Assembly (NCBI GenBank): GCA_963710605.1
Contig: CAVQBA010000007.1
Coordinates: 288,001 to 352,000, forward strand
Reading direction: 5' to 3'
From: an uncultured cyanobacterium
Lineage (GTDB): Bacteria > Cyanobacteriota > Cyanobacteriia > Cyanobacteriales > Cyanobacteriaceae
DNA length: 64,000 bases
Shown here piece after piece: positions 10,178 to 21,553 of the stretch (the first letter of the stretch is position 1; every line of letters begins with the position of its first letter). A program made the translations under genes and the position numbers. The notes below the pieces were generated by a model. The model was not told the origin of the DNA and made no database searches. It saw nothing but the letters and a program-made list of their open reading frames with translations.

Positions 10178-10930
10178 TTGACCAACCTGAATCAAGATAC
10201 TCCCCCAGATGAGTCTAATTGGCTAGATGAAAAAGAGCAAGATGTTGATTTTCAATCTAATTCAGAACAATATTCCTCTAACCCTCAACCCGTAAAGTTA
10301 AACTCATATCGATTTAAGCCAGAAACGATCGCTTTAGTAGAAAGTGCTTTTTTAGCGAGTACAGCCAGTTTAATTTGGTTAATTGATTATTATTTTCGTT
10401 TGCCATTTATTAAGATGTTATTTCCTCTACCAATAGCGTTGGTTTATCTAAGGAGGGGAAGAAGAGCGGCTGTTATTACTACGATCGTTTGTGGTTTGTT
10501 ATTAGCTATCTTAATGGGGCCACCTCGTAGTATTGTCTTTGTTATTCCTTATGGTTTGATGGGTATCCAATTAGGTGCATTGTGGCGAAGAAAGACTAAC
10601 TGGTATTTATCTATTCTGCTTGCGACTATTATTGGTTGTTTTGGTTTTTTCTTTCGTTTTTGGTTATTTTCAATTTTATTAGGAGAAGACTTATGGGTAT
10701 ATCTCATTTCTCAAGTCACTAATTTAGCCGATTGGATATTTTTAAAACTGGGTATTTTAGCTATTCCTAGTACGACAATGATTCAATTCTTGGCTTTAAT
10801 TGTCGTTTTGATTAATAATGCTATTTATGCCCTAACCGTTCATTTAGTAGCTTTACTGATGCTCGATCGACTTGATAATCCGATTCCTCGCCCTCCTAAA
10901 TGGATACAAGTAATTCTTGATTATGAATAG
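10178..10930 (+). CDS. DUF2232-family membrane protein
   Basis: LVESAFLASTASLIWLI, LMGPPRS and LDNPIPRPPKW are typical of the cyanobacterial family. Confidence 0.8.
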   Translation: MTNLNQDTPPDESNWLDEKEQDVDFQSNSEQYSSNPQPVKLNSYRFKPETIALVESAFLASTASLIWLIDYYFRLPFIKMLFPLPIALVYLRRGRRAAVITTIVCGLLLAILMGPPRSIVFVIPYGLMGIQLGALWRRKTNWYLSILLATIIGCFGFFFRFWLFSILLGEDLWVYLISQVTNLADWIFLKLGILAIPSTTMIQFLALIVVLINNAIYALTVHLVALLMLDRLDNPIPRPPKWIQVILDYE

Positions 10931-10951
10931 AATATATTTATTAATTATCCA

Positions 10952-11206
10952 ATGGACATGATTACCGTTAAAGTTAAATTATTTGCTATTTATCAGGAAG
11001 TTTATGGGCAAGAAGAAATAAGTTTTGATGTGCCTATTAAAACGACAGCAGAAGAAATACTCGACAAAATAATAACTCAGCATCCTCAATTAGCTAATTG
11101 GAAGCCGATAACCAAATTAGCCGTAAATCTAGAATTTGTTCCGCCCGAATATATTCTTAAAGACGGTGACGAAATGGGGCTAATTCCTCCTGTTAGTGGC
11201 GGTTAG
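10952..11206 (+). CDS. moaD: MoaD/ThiS sulfur carrier protein
   Basis: VKLFA N-terminus and C-terminal IPPVSGG. Confidence 0.9.
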   Translation: MDMITVKVKLFAIYQEVYGQEEISFDVPIKTTAEEILDKIITQHPQLANWKPITKLAVNLEFVPPEYILKDGDEMGLIPPVSGG

Positions 11207-11311
11207 CTAACATACTTATCATATACGATCGATTTGATTAAAGTGACCTAATTAGGTTAATCTTTTCAGTGGATATAAAAATAGCAAAACTAATTCAAAC
11301 AGATCTAAATT

Positions 11312-11761
11312 ATGGAACGTACTTTTTTAATGATCAAACCCGATGGTGTGCAACGCAATCTTGTCGGTGAAGTGATCAAACGTTTAGAAAGCAAAGGCTT
11401 TACTCTAGTCGGTTTGAAATTAATGTCGGTTTCTCGTGAGTTAGCCGAAAAACATTATGATGTACACAAAGAAAGACCTTTTTTTGGTAGTTTAGTGGAA
11501 TTCATTATCTCTTCTCCTGTAGTGGCGATGGTATGGGAAGGTAATGGTGTGGTTGCTTCTGCACGCAAGATAATTGGTGCGACAAATCCTTTAGAATCCG
11601 AGCCTGGTACAATTAGAGGAGATTATGGTATCGATATTGGACGTAACTTAATTCACGGCTCAGATGCTACCGAAACTGCAACTAAAGAAATCAGTTTATG
11701 GTTTAAAGATGATGAACTTTGTTCTTGGGAAAACACCATGAAACCATGGCTTTATGAATAA
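11312..11761 (+). CDS. ndk: Nucleoside diphosphate kinase
   Basis: [22 protein letters not shown] and RNLIHGSD motifs. Confidence 0.98.
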   Translation: MERTFLMIKPDGVQRNLVGEVIKRLESKGFTLVGLKLMSVSRELAEKHYDVHKERPFFGSLVEFIISSPVVAMVWEGNGVVASARKIIGATNPLESEPGTIRGDYGIDIGRNLIHGSDATETATKEISLWFKDDELCSWENTMKPWLYE

Positions 11762-11798
11762 TTAGCAATTAGTAATTAATAACAAATATGTATTAAAT

Positions 11799-11861
11799 AA
11801 CGGCTAAAGCCGTGACTACGAGCAAATAAAAAATTTGTTGGTAGTGATGACTTTAGTCATC
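11799..11861. repeat. Inverted pair of GTAG-type REP palindromes
   Basis: Minus strand GTAGTCACGGCTTTAGCCGTT (11799-11819) and plus strand GTAGTGATGACTTTAGTCATC (11841-11861). Confidence 0.7.
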
Positions 11862-11912
11862 TTGCCTTTTGCCCTTTTGAGCTTCTTGTGTCTTTTCTTT
11901 TAAATATTTAAA

Positions 11913-12461
11913 ATGTTGAAATCTCTATCTAAACTTATTATTGTTTTTTGTTTATTTCTCACCTTTAGCTTAAATTTGGCGACTCCTGCGATCGCTTTAG
12001 GTGGTACACAACCCGAATTAAATCAATCTGCACCTGAATTTAATTTACCGACTAATAGTATTGAACAAAAGAATATTTCACTACAAGATTATCGTGGTAA
12101 ATGGATTGTACTCTATTTTTATCCGCAAGATTTTACCCCTGGATGTACTTTAGAAGCTCAAAGGTTTCAACGAGATTTGAGTCAGTTTCATGATTTGAAT
12201 ACAGAGGTGATTGGTGTTAGTGCCGATGATATTAATTCTCACCAAGATTTTTGTGACGCTGAGGGTTTGAAATTTCCTCTTTTAGCTGATACTAAGGGTA
12301 AAGTAAGTAAGGCTTATGGTTCGTGGTTAACTGGTCATTCTTTACGTCATACTTATATTATCGATCGTGATGGTATTTTAAAAGCTAAGTTTCTCGGCGT
12401 GCGTCCAATTATTCATTCTGAAGAAGTTTTAGCTAAATTAAAAGAATTACAAGGAATTTAA
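11913..12461 (+). CDS. bcp: Peroxiredoxin Q/BCP with N-terminal signal peptide
   Basis: LYFYPQDFTPGCTLEA motif. Confidence 0.9.
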   Translation: MLKSLSKLIIVFCLFLTFSLNLATPAIALGGTQPELNQSAPEFNLPTNSIEQKNISLQDYRGKWIVLYFYPQDFTPGCTLEAQRFQRDLSQFHDLNTEVIGVSADDINSHQDFCDAEGLKFPLLADTKGKVSKAYGSWLTGHSLRHTYIIDRDGILKAKFLGVRPIIHSEEVLAKLKELQGI

Positions 12462-12472
12462 ACACAAAATCA

Positions 12473-13663
12473 ATGAATAGTTATGATGCGATAGTTATTG
12501 GTGGAGGTTTGACTGGTTCGGCTTTAAGTTACGAATTAGCCAAACAAAATTGGCGTGTTTTATTATTAGAAAAAAAACCGATTTTAAATAATTTAAATAG
12601 TGCAACTAGTTGTAGTTATGGTGGTATTTCTTATTGGTGTGGTACTGATGATTTAACTAACAAATTAGCTAATGAATCGATCGATATTCATCGTCATTTA
12701 AGTAGTGAATTAGACTACGATACTGAGTTTAAAGAACTAGATTTATTGTTGACAATCGATAATACTCAAAATCCGCAACAAGTCTATCCTCTCTATCAAG
12801 ACTTTCACATCAAACCACAACTGTTAGACGCACAAGAAACAATCGAATTAGAACCATTATTGAATCAAGATGCAATTAACGGTAGCTTAAAGTTTCCTCA
12901 AGGTCATGTTAATCCAACTAAAATTATCATGGCTTATCAACAAGCATTAATTAAATTGGGCGGAGAAATTATTTACGAACAAGTAGAAAAAATAGAGAAA
13001 AAAAAAGAGCAAATAACAGGAGTTAAAACTAACAAAAATCATTATTCAGCTTCACATATTGTCGTGAGTGCGGGTGCATTTTCACGATCGTTATTACAAA
13101 CATTAAATATTACTTTACCAATCTATTTTAGTCACGCACAATTGATTAAAACTAAACCGACTGACATCAAACTAAAAAGTTTAGTTATGCCCGCCACAAC
13201 CGATCGTTTAGACACCGAAAAACAAGTTAGTCAGTTAGAAAAAACATCATTATGGGAATATCCTACCGATGAAATACACGGAGACGTTTTAGAAGCAGGT
13301 GCAATTCAATTTGCTGATGGTAGTTTTTGCTTAGGGCAAATCAGTCAAATTATTACTAATCTCAACAGTCCAATTAAACCACAACAAAGCGAAAAAAGAA
13401 TCCGAGAAGCAGTTAATAAAGTATTACCTTCATTATCTTCACTTGAAGGACAATGGTACAATTGCCAAGTAGCTTTTAGTCAAGGAATCCCGTTTCAAGT
13501 CGGTAAAGTTGAACAGTTAGAAGGATTATCTATTTTTTCGGGTTTTACTAGTCCATTTGTATTTGTGCCACCTTTAGCCAGATATTTTAGTGAGTATTTG
13601 ACTCAAGGTAAAAATGAGGTTATTGAAACATTACCTCAACCGTCTTGCTTGTCTGGTGAATGA
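12473..13663 (+). CDS. FAD-dependent oxidoreductase (DAO/glycine oxidase family)
   Basis: IVIGGGLTG Rossmann motif and VVSAGAFS. Confidence 0.85.
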   Translation: MNSYDAIVIGGGLTGSALSYELAKQNWRVLLLEKKPILNNLNSATSCSYGGISYWCGTDDLTNKLANESIDIHRHLSSELDYDTEFKELDLLLTIDNTQNPQQVYPLYQDFHIKPQLLDAQETIELEPLLNQDAINGSLKFPQGHVNPTKIIMAYQQALIKLGGEIIYEQVEKIEKKKEQITGVKTNKNHYSASHIVVSAGAFSRSLLQTLNITLPIYFSHAQLIKTKPTDIKLKSLVMPATTDRLDTEKQVSQLEKTSLWEYPTDEIHGDVLEAGAIQFADGSFCLGQISQIITNLNSPIKPQQSEKRIREAVNKVLPSLSSLEGQWYNCQVAFSQGIPFQVGKVEQLEGLSIFSGFTSPFVFVPPLARYFSEYLTQGKNEVIETLPQPSCLSGE

Positions 13664-13692
13664 TTTATGATCTTATTTTAAGCGTTTTGTTT

Positions 13693-13716
13693 TGGGTGTA
13701 AACCTTGCACCCCTAC
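13693..13716 (-). repeat. GTAG-type REP palindrome
   Basis: Minus strand reads GTAGGGGTGCAAGGTTTACACCCA. Confidence 0.7.
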
Positions 13717-13783
13717 AGGATAAATTTTATGAAGGTTTAAGGCTTTTATTTTAAGTCTTTTTTTGGTCTGTTATTCTCTTGTG

Positions 13784-13986
13784 TCATCGTAATTTTTTAT
13801 CTCGATCGATTTGCTTTAAATCTGCTGAAAGCTTATCGCTCAAATCACTTCTATCTATAATTAAACTAATCTGTCCGACTAACTGTGCTTTTGCCAACAT
13901 CTCACCCTTATATCAAATCCTACTAAATCAGCAAAAATATTTCCACAACTTGTATAAACTTCTATCTCTTAAATCATCAATTTCAT
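13784..13986 (-). pseudogene. Decayed XRE/HigA-like HTH antitoxin
   Basis: Two frames give EIEVYTSCGNIFADL and GEMLAKAQLVGQISLIIDR, matching the SGNVFADLG...EELLAKAEL N-terminus of that family; frameshifted and truncated. Confidence 0.65.
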
Positions 13987-13992
13987 CTCTAA

Positions 13993-14205
13993 CTAACTAT
14001 TTATCGATTCTTGTTTTTGCACCAATCTTTTAGCTTTATTTAAACGATATTGATATAAGGGTGAAGTCCGATTTTGTTCTTCTAATTGAGCGATAATATC
14101 ATCTAAAATGAGTATTTCTGCGTCCATACGTTGAAAAAGTTTTTGAAATTTTACAGAAGTTTTTTTAACTTGTTCAATATTTGGGATAAATTTTTCTTGT
14201 GTCAT
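13993..14205 (-). CDS. Hypothetical protein (70 aa, helical)
   Basis: ORF with an AAGGAG Shine-Dalgarno upstream; no recognised motif. Confidence 0.6.
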   Translation of the reverse strand: MTQEKFIPNIEQVKKTSVKFQKLFQRMDAEILILDDIIAQLEEQNRTSPLYQYRLNKAKRLVQKQESINS

Positions 14206-14323
14206 AATAAATCAAAACTCCTTTTTTCTTCAATTATAGTTGCTTTAGTTGCGGCTATTGTCAATTGCTGCTTTATCAAAAAAAAGCTTGAATATACTTA
14301 GTAGAGTATTACCTAAAAAATTT

Positions 14324-14902
14324 TTAATTAATTATATAATTTTCATCTTCTTTCCAATTAATAGGATTATTAATAATATATTCTCGAATATTATTTAATG
14401 ACTGCTCGTTTCTAATAATATGTTCATAAAATCGAGATTGCCAATTAAAATTATTAAAATTATTTTTTCTACTCCACTTACTTACTGCTGATTTGTAACT
14501 TCTAATTATTGTACTTAAAGAACCTTTTTTAGGAGATATATTAGACATAATCTTCGAGTACTTATTATCTAAATTAGATTGTAGATAACTTTGATTATAT
14601 ATTTGTTTTTCTTGCCGATCGAATTGATTATTGTTAATGATAACTATGCCATGAATATGATTGGGCATAATAACAAAACGATCGATTTGGACAAAATTAA
14701 AATGATGAGGAATTTCTAACCAAAATTTTTCGGCAATTTTTCCTAATTCTGAAAGATTAACTAAATCATTTTTCAGACTGCCAAAATAACAAATTTTTTC
14801 ATAGGTACAGATAGTCACAAAGTAGTATCCATTCGATCGATAATCATAGTTTTTTAAGCGAATAGACTTTCTGTTTTTTTGATATCTATTAGAAGAATCC
14901 AT
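14324..14902 (-). CDS. REP-associated tyrosine transposase (RAYT, Y1 HUH family)
   Basis: RKSIRLKNYDY, YFVTICT, FVIMPNHIHGI (HUH), WQSRFYEHIIR and YIINNP motifs. Confidence 0.92.
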   Translation of the reverse strand: MDSSNRYQKNRKSIRLKNYDYRSNGYYFVTICTYEKICYFGSLKNDLVNLSELGKIAEKFWLEIPHHFNFVQIDRFVIMPNHIHGIVIINNNQFDRQEKQIYNQSYLQSNLDNKYSKIMSNISPKKGSLSTIIRSYKSAVSKWSRKNNFNNFNWQSRFYEHIIRNEQSLNNIREYIINNPINWKEDENYIIN

Positions 14903-14930
14903 AAATTTATCTTTTCATACCATAACGTTT

Positions 14931-14960
14931 GTAGGGACGTTGCATTGCAACGTCTCCGAC
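14931..14960 (+). repeat. REP palindrome upstream of RAYT
   Basis: GTAGGGACGTTGCATTGCAACGTCTCCGAC. Confidence 0.8.
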
Positions 14961-15050
14961 AATTATAAATATAGAGCTAGTTGATATTTAAATAAGAATC
15001 GAATAACTATTTTTCTATTTTAAATTATATTAAAATTCTTTTTCTTCTTT

Positions 15051-15260
15051 ATGATTAATCCGATTGAAACAAAATATAAAGGTATTAAATTCGTTCTGTT
15101 TAGAAGCAAGATGGGCAGTATTTATTCATGCACTTGGTTTTAATTTTGGTAGACAGATTACAATTTACGGATTTACTTTAATTTTGTTCCAGATTAAAAT
15201 TTAGAAATTAAACCAACATCTCCTACAGAAGAAGAAAAGAAATTATTTTTAAGTAAACTA
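15051..15260 (+). pseudogene. Decayed PD-(D/E)XK-like nuclease gene
   Basis: Across frameshifts: MINPIETKYKGIKF / LEARWAVFIHALG / LEIKPTSPTEEEK, matching the IETxYxGxxFRSRLEARWAVF...EIKP family. End approximate. Confidence 0.65.
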
Positions 15261-15569
15261 CAAAAATAAGAACAATTAGTGCATTAGCTAATATCAGGAA
15301 TTTTTGTTTAATAAGATTAAAGATAATATTACACGAACAAAGTGATAAATACGATGATTTAATGTTCAATTGAGAACTTACATTTTGGGAGAAAAGAATC
15401 CATAACCAAAATAGCAACAACAATTCCTAGTAAAGTCAACAACCATCCTTGAATTTCTTTATAACTTCGCCATAAGATTCGGCACAAATTATCCTTCATA
15501 AATTCATTTTTTAATTAATAACAAAGGTGGGCATAGCGCACCATACAAATAAAGATTAATTGTCAGATA

Positions 15570-18500
15570 TTAGTCTTCAATACCTTCAATTCGATCTTCT
15601 ACTTCTTGATAAAGTTCTTGTAATCTTTCGATATTTTCATCAGAAGTTTCCCAATAACCACGCCCGTTGACTTCTAACAATGTACTAACCATGCGACGGA
15701 ATGAGTTAGGATTCATATCCATCAAACGTTTACACATTTCTTCGTCTTCAATGAAAGTAGTGTTAGTATCTTCATAAACCCAATTGTCAACCGCATCGGC
15801 TGTAGCACTCCAACCCATGGTATTAACTAGGCGTTTGGATAACTCTCTGACACCTTCATAACCGTTGGACAACATACCTTCATACCATTTAGGATTAAGT
15901 AATTTGGTACGAGCATCTAAACGCACAGTTTCGGATAAAGTACGTACTTGAGCGTTAGCGGTGGTTGTATCGGCGATGTACGCAGATGGTTTTCTACCGT
16001 CATCACGCAAACTAGCGACAACTTTGGTAGGATCGGAATCAAAATAGTGAGAGACATCAGTTAAACTGATTTCTGATGAATCGAGGTTTTGGAAGGTTGC
16101 ATCGGCAGTTTTTAATGATTTTTCAAAAATTGCTCGGCTTTCATCCATTACCCCAGGGTTATCAGAATTAAAAGCAAAAGATTTACGATTTAGATACATA
16201 TCTTGTAATTCTTTTTCTTCTTCCCAACTGCTATTTTCTACTGCTAAGTTAACGTTAGAGGAATACGAACCAGACGCGTTAGAGAATACACGAGTTGCCG
16301 CTTGACGGATATTGATACCCATTTCTTGAGCTTGTTCGATCGCGTGTTTGCGAACAAAATTCATTTCGATCGGCTCATCTGCTTCAGCCGCTTTTTTAAC
16401 AGCTTGATCGAGTAAATTCATTTGATTGATGAACAAGTCACGGAAAACACCCGAACAGTTAACCACAACGTCAATACGAGGACGACCTAATTCTTCGATC
16501 GAAATTAGTTCAAGTTTGTTTACTCTTCCCAAAGCATCAGGCACAGGTTTAACTCCTACCATCCACATAATTTGAGCGAGAGATTCACCATAGGTTTTGA
16601 TGTTATCTGTACCCCATAATACACAAGCGATCGTTTCAGGGTAGTTGCCACCGTTATCTATTCTTTGACGCTCTAAGAGTCGATCGACGACCACTTTAGC
16701 CGATTGTACTGCCGCTGTGGTAGGTATTTTTTGGGGGTCTAAGGCATGAATATTTTTTCCTGTAGGTAATACATTCGGGTTACGAATTGGGTCACCACCA
16801 GGGCCTGGTAAGACATATTCACCTTCAAGGGCTTTAAGTAAACCATCTAATTCTAAATCGGCACAAACTTGTTCTAAACAAAAAGCGAGAAATTCAAATA
16901 GAGGTTTAAGGGCTTTTTCATCAACTTTGTCGTAACCTAATTCGTGTAATTTAGCTACCCAAGGCTCTTTTTTACCCATGCCGAAGATGTTGAGTTTATC
17001 GACTAAAGATACTCTACCTTCTTCATTAGTTTGTTCTTCTACAAAAGCACGAATTGAATCTCTGGTGGCTTCGGTGATGCTTTGTAATAAGTTAACGTCG
17101 GCTAAGATTCCTTTATCGGCATTACGATAAATATCTTCCATTTTGCGTCCGATACTGTTCGCAATAATGGTAGTTAAAGCCATGATTTCTTCTTCTTCAC
17201 GATCGAGACTAGCAATATTAACTAAAGTAGCGATCGCTTCTTCGGCGGTAGGAGGCTTACCGATTACGTGTAAACCGCAAGGTAATAAACGAGATTCAAT
17301 CTCCATCAATTTACGATAAACCGCACCGACGATATGATCTCTTTCTTCACTAGACATTTTGCTTGAGTCAACTAACTCAGCTTCTTGCCCTTCAGGGGTA
17401 GCAATTTCAGGAATATCTCGATCTAAATTACAGATACGAGCTTTATCAACGATCGTATTCACAATCTGAATCGCTCTGCCTGTCTCTTTCAAGCCTTGAT
17501 AAGAACCGATTAAATCGCTTAATTCTTCTAACCCTTTATAAAGTCCAGCGTTTTCGGCAGGAGGAGTTAAATAAGAAATGGTGTTGGCATAACTACGACG
17601 TTTAGCGATCGTTGCTTCACTTGGGTTATTCGCCGCATAATAATAGATATTAGGGATATTACCAATCAGGCTATCGGGATAACAATCACCAGACATACCC
17701 ATTTGTTTACCAGGCATGAATTCTAATGAGCCATGTGTACCAAAGTGTAAGACAGCATCCACACCCCAGATTTTTTCTAGGTAAGTATAATAAGCCGCAA
17801 AACCATGATGAGGAGAAGCAGAGCGAGAAAATAATAGTCTCATCGGATCGCCTTCATAACCGAAAGTAGGTTGTACGCCGATGAAGACATTACCAAATTC
17901 TTTACCGTAGATTAAAAGGTTTTGTCCGTCGCTGTTAAGGTTTCCTGGTGGTGGCCCCAGTTTTCTTCCAGTTTTTGGGAATAAGGTGTCAAACGCTCAT
18001 ATTCTTCGACACTCATACGATAAGCAATGTTTAATTCAGGAGAAGCATATTGTGCTTGAGCATCGTTGATAACTTCTTCCATCAATTGTTGAGCATTTTC
18101 AGGAATATCTTGCACATCATAACCTTTAGCTCTCATTCCTTTGAGTACTTCAAAAATAGAACCAAAGACGTTTAAATAAGCGGCTGTACCGACGTTTCCT
18201 TTGTCAGGAGGGAAGCTAAAAACGGTGATTGCGAGTTTTTTGTCAACTTTTGGTTTTTTACGCAAACTAGCCCATTTTAAAGCACGTCCTGCGATCGCTT
18301 CTACTCGATCTTGCAGGGTGACAGATTTACCTGAGTTACCATCTCTTCCTGATAATATGATCGGCTCGATCGCACCATCTAGTTCGGGGATAGCAATTTG
18401 TAAGGCTACTTGAATTGGGTGTAAACCAAGATCGCTTTCTTCCCATTCTTCAGTAGTTTGGAATACCAAAGGTAACGCAACCATGTAAGGACGATTGAGG

Positions 18501-19597
18501 CGTTTTAATGATTCTACTGCTTTAGGATGATCTTGACGAGCAGGACCACCAACAAGGGCAAAACCTGTTAAAGATACAACTGCATCAACGATCGAAATCG
18601 ACTCAACTCCTTCTACTGCTTTATCTAAGAAATATTCATCGACGGGTTTAGAGAAGTCTAAACCACCTGCAAATACTGGAATAACTCTCGCACCACGATA
18701 TTCTAATTCTTGAAGCATGGCGACATAATGAGCGTCATCTCCTGTCACTAGGTGAGTACGTTGTAAGACGATACCAACACAAGGAGCGAGAGGATTTTTA
18801 AGTGCATCGCTAATATCGTCACGGTTGTTATACCAGTTGAGATATTCTTTAACGTCTTCAAACATTTTTGGAGCGAGGGGATGCCAAATACCCATATCAG
18901 GATAAACTATGGGTGCGTCATAGGAGTCTTTAGCGTTGAGTAAAGAATTTTCTCCTGTGAAGACATATTTATCGGCTAACATCAAGAAGAAGTTTTCCAG
19001 GTTATCGGACGAGCCACCTAACCAATATTGAAAACTGAGCATGAAGTTACGTGCATCTTGGGCTTTTTCTACAGGTAGATATTTTAAGACGGTAGGTAAG
19101 GTACGTAACAATTTAAGCATCGCATCTTCAAATCCTGCCCCAGATTTTTTGCGACGTTTTTTCATAAATTCGCCGATGACGCTTTTGCTTTGCCCTAGTT
19201 GTGCCATGCTGAAGCTACCCATTTTGTTAAGACGCATTACAGCGGGCATGGAAGGGAAAACGACCGCCGCATCAAGGTTATCTCTGTGGGGAGTAACTGC
19301 TTCTACTACTTTTTCAGCTAATTCTTCGATGAAGATTAAAGAGGCGATGAAGATATTGGCTTCACTGACATCTTTTTTGAATTGCTCATAGTTTTCGGGG
19401 TTTCTTAATTCTTCAATTAAATAACCACTAATTTCGATCGCTAAATTGGGGTTACGAGCGTTGATGGATTTGATTGCACCACTAATGGCACTTTGATATT
19501 GTGGTTCTAATACAACATAAACTACTTTCATCAAGGCACGCCCTTGTAAATCATCGGGTGCGATATGCCTAACAGCAGATTTTACGTTTGTAAACAT
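15570..19597 (-). CDS. chlH: Magnesium chelatase subunit H, split by a 1-nt deletion near 17955-17958
   Basis: ORFs 17912-19597 and 15570-17843 are consecutive halves. Adding one base restores [48 protein letters not shown]. Confidence 0.96.
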
Positions 19598-19899
19598 TAA
19601 TATTGAAGCTCCTATTAGCTGAGATGTTTAAATTTATGGATACGGGATAATAACAGAGGCTGATATAGACTCTCTTATTGTTTTTAGCAGAAAATAGGTC
19701 TTTTTGCTTACTGTTTTGTAATGTTTTAAGGTTATTTTGGTAAATCTTTACATTTTTTAATATTTTGACAGCAAAACAGTACGATCTAGGTATAGATGAT
19801 AACGATCGTTTATATTATTGATAAGGTTTTTCATCGATCGAATTTATCAACAATTATTACAATGCAAATGAACTGTTTAGTAAGTTTTTTTAATTAATA

Positions 19900-20472
19900 A
19901 TGTCTCAACTAACTTCAGCCTTAGAAAGAATATCGAAATGGTATGAAGTAAATGAACCCGATGATTATCCTATTTTTCAATCTGGATTATCAAAAGAATA
20001 TATTGAAGAGCAATGGCAAAAACTAGATTCTGATTTTCCAATTCCAGATGAAATTTATTAGCTTTATGAGTATTGTAATGGTTCTTTAGAAGAACAAACT
20101 ATTACAATCGATCGTCAACATTATTTATTATCTTTAGAATCAGCAATCGAATGGCGAGTGAGCTATGGTTTGAACCATAGAGATGATACTTGGAAAGATG
20201 ATCCTAGTTGGTTTCCTGTTACTGAATTGTGGTGTCAACCAGCGTTTTTTTGCGTTGTTTTGGGAAAAAGACAAAAAAATTCAATTCTTTATCACGAGAC
20301 TGAATGCCAAACCTACGAGATAAGGTATAAAAGTTTAACTCATTTACTTATGCACTGTGCCGATTGGTTAGAAGCATCCCAACCTCATCAATACAATGGA
20401 GAAACTGACTGGTATCCAGATAATAACATTACTGAGGAATTAGAGAAAAAATATATGATTAAAAATAAATAA
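19900..20472 (+). pseudogene. SMI1/KNR4-family protein with in-frame TAG at 20059-20061
   Basis: MSQLTSALERISKWY...FQSGLSKEYIE...FPIPDEIY*LYEYCNG continues in frame into the 20158 ORF (YKSLTHLL). Confidence 0.75.
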
Positions 20473-20589
20473 ATATCTTAAATACCACTGTCTGTATCAC
20501 CGATTGAACAGGATTTATTGATTTACACCGATAATTATTGAGATTGCTATAGTTGCTAAAATGAACTCATCTATTTTAAGTTAATCAAT

Positions 20590-21153
20590 ATGGTTAAAAT
20601 TCTGTCTCAATCTTTGACTATCGAAGAATTCCTTCAGTTGTCAGAAACTAAACCTGCTAGTGAATTTATCAGAGGAGAAATATTACAAAAACCGATGCCT
20701 CAAGGAAAACATAGTCTTATTCAGGGTGAATTAGTTACTAATATTAATTTAGTCGCTAAACCAGATAAAATTGCGATCGCTTTTCCTGAGTTAAGATGTC
20801 GAATTGACGATCGAGTTATTGTACCTGATATAGTTGTATTACCCTATGGCAAAATACCTCGTGATGAGAATGGAGATATTGCCAATATTATAAATGGTAC
20901 ACCTGATTGGATGATTGAGATTTTGTCTCCTAATCAAAATACAATCCTTGTGACTGAAAAGATTTTACATTGTTTGAATAATGGTTGTACTTTAGCATGG
21001 TTAATCGATCCTCAATCTAAGAAAATCCTCGTTTTTCAACCAAATCAACAACCTACATTCTTACAAAATCCCACGGATATAATTCCTTCACCTAATTTTT
21101 TACCAAACTATCAATTAACTGTTGAAACTCTGTTTGGATGGTTAAATTTTTAA
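20590..21153 (+). CDS. Uma2-family endonuclease-like protein
   Basis: ETKPASEFIRG, KPMPQGKHS, VPDIVV and PDWMIEILSP motifs. Confidence 0.93.
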   Translation: MVKILSQSLTIEEFLQLSETKPASEFIRGEILQKPMPQGKHSLIQGELVTNINLVAKPDKIAIAFPELRCRIDDRVIVPDIVVLPYGKIPRDENGDIANIINGTPDWMIEILSPNQNTILVTEKILHCLNNGCTLAWLIDPQSKKILVFQPNQQPTFLQNPTDIIPSPNFLPNYQLTVETLFGWLNF

Positions 21154-21301
21154 TTAAATATGTTGAGATTATTTTATAAATCTATAAATCTATTATTGTT
21201 CATCATTACTAAGATTTTCTTCTGTTATTTTTTAACCGATCGAATTCTTTCTCAAATGAATTAAAATCAATAGTTATAATCCTCATCGCCATACGATCGA
21301 T

Positions 21302-21553
21302 ATGAATAACGTTACCATTAATGAAGATAATCCGACTTTAACATCATTAGTAGAACAAGTTAATAACTCAAATCAGGCTACAACGATCGCGATCGAAAAT
21401 CAAAAAAAAGCTGTTTTAGTATCGATCGAACAGTGGAATGCTATTCAGGAAACTCTTTACCTCTCAAGTATTTCAGGTGTCAAAGAAGATTTAATTGAAG
21501 GAAAAAATACTAAATGGGAAGATTGTACACCTCTTGAAGAAGTCGAATGGTAA
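21302..21553 (+). CDS. Phd/YefM-family antitoxin
   Basis: AVLVSIEQWNAIQETLYL; stop overlaps the toxin start (TAATG). Confidence 0.88.
   Translation: MNNVTINEDNPTLTSLVEQVNNSNQATTIAIENQKKAVLVSIEQWNAIQETLYLSSISGVKEDLIEGKNTKWEDCTPLEEVEW

Noticed and set aside
13779-14033. 84-aa plus-strand ORF
   Set aside because: Antisense shadow of the decayed XRE gene; TTG start and no motif.
15223-15423. 66-aa hydrophobic minus-strand ORF
   Set aside because: Antisense to the decayed nuclease region in very AT-rich DNA; probably spurious.
17912-17970. Programmed frameshifting or a naturally split chlH
   Set aside because: No slippery heptamer or stimulator is evident, 44 or so conserved codons fall between the two ORFs' correct frames, and similar indels hit three unrelated genes.
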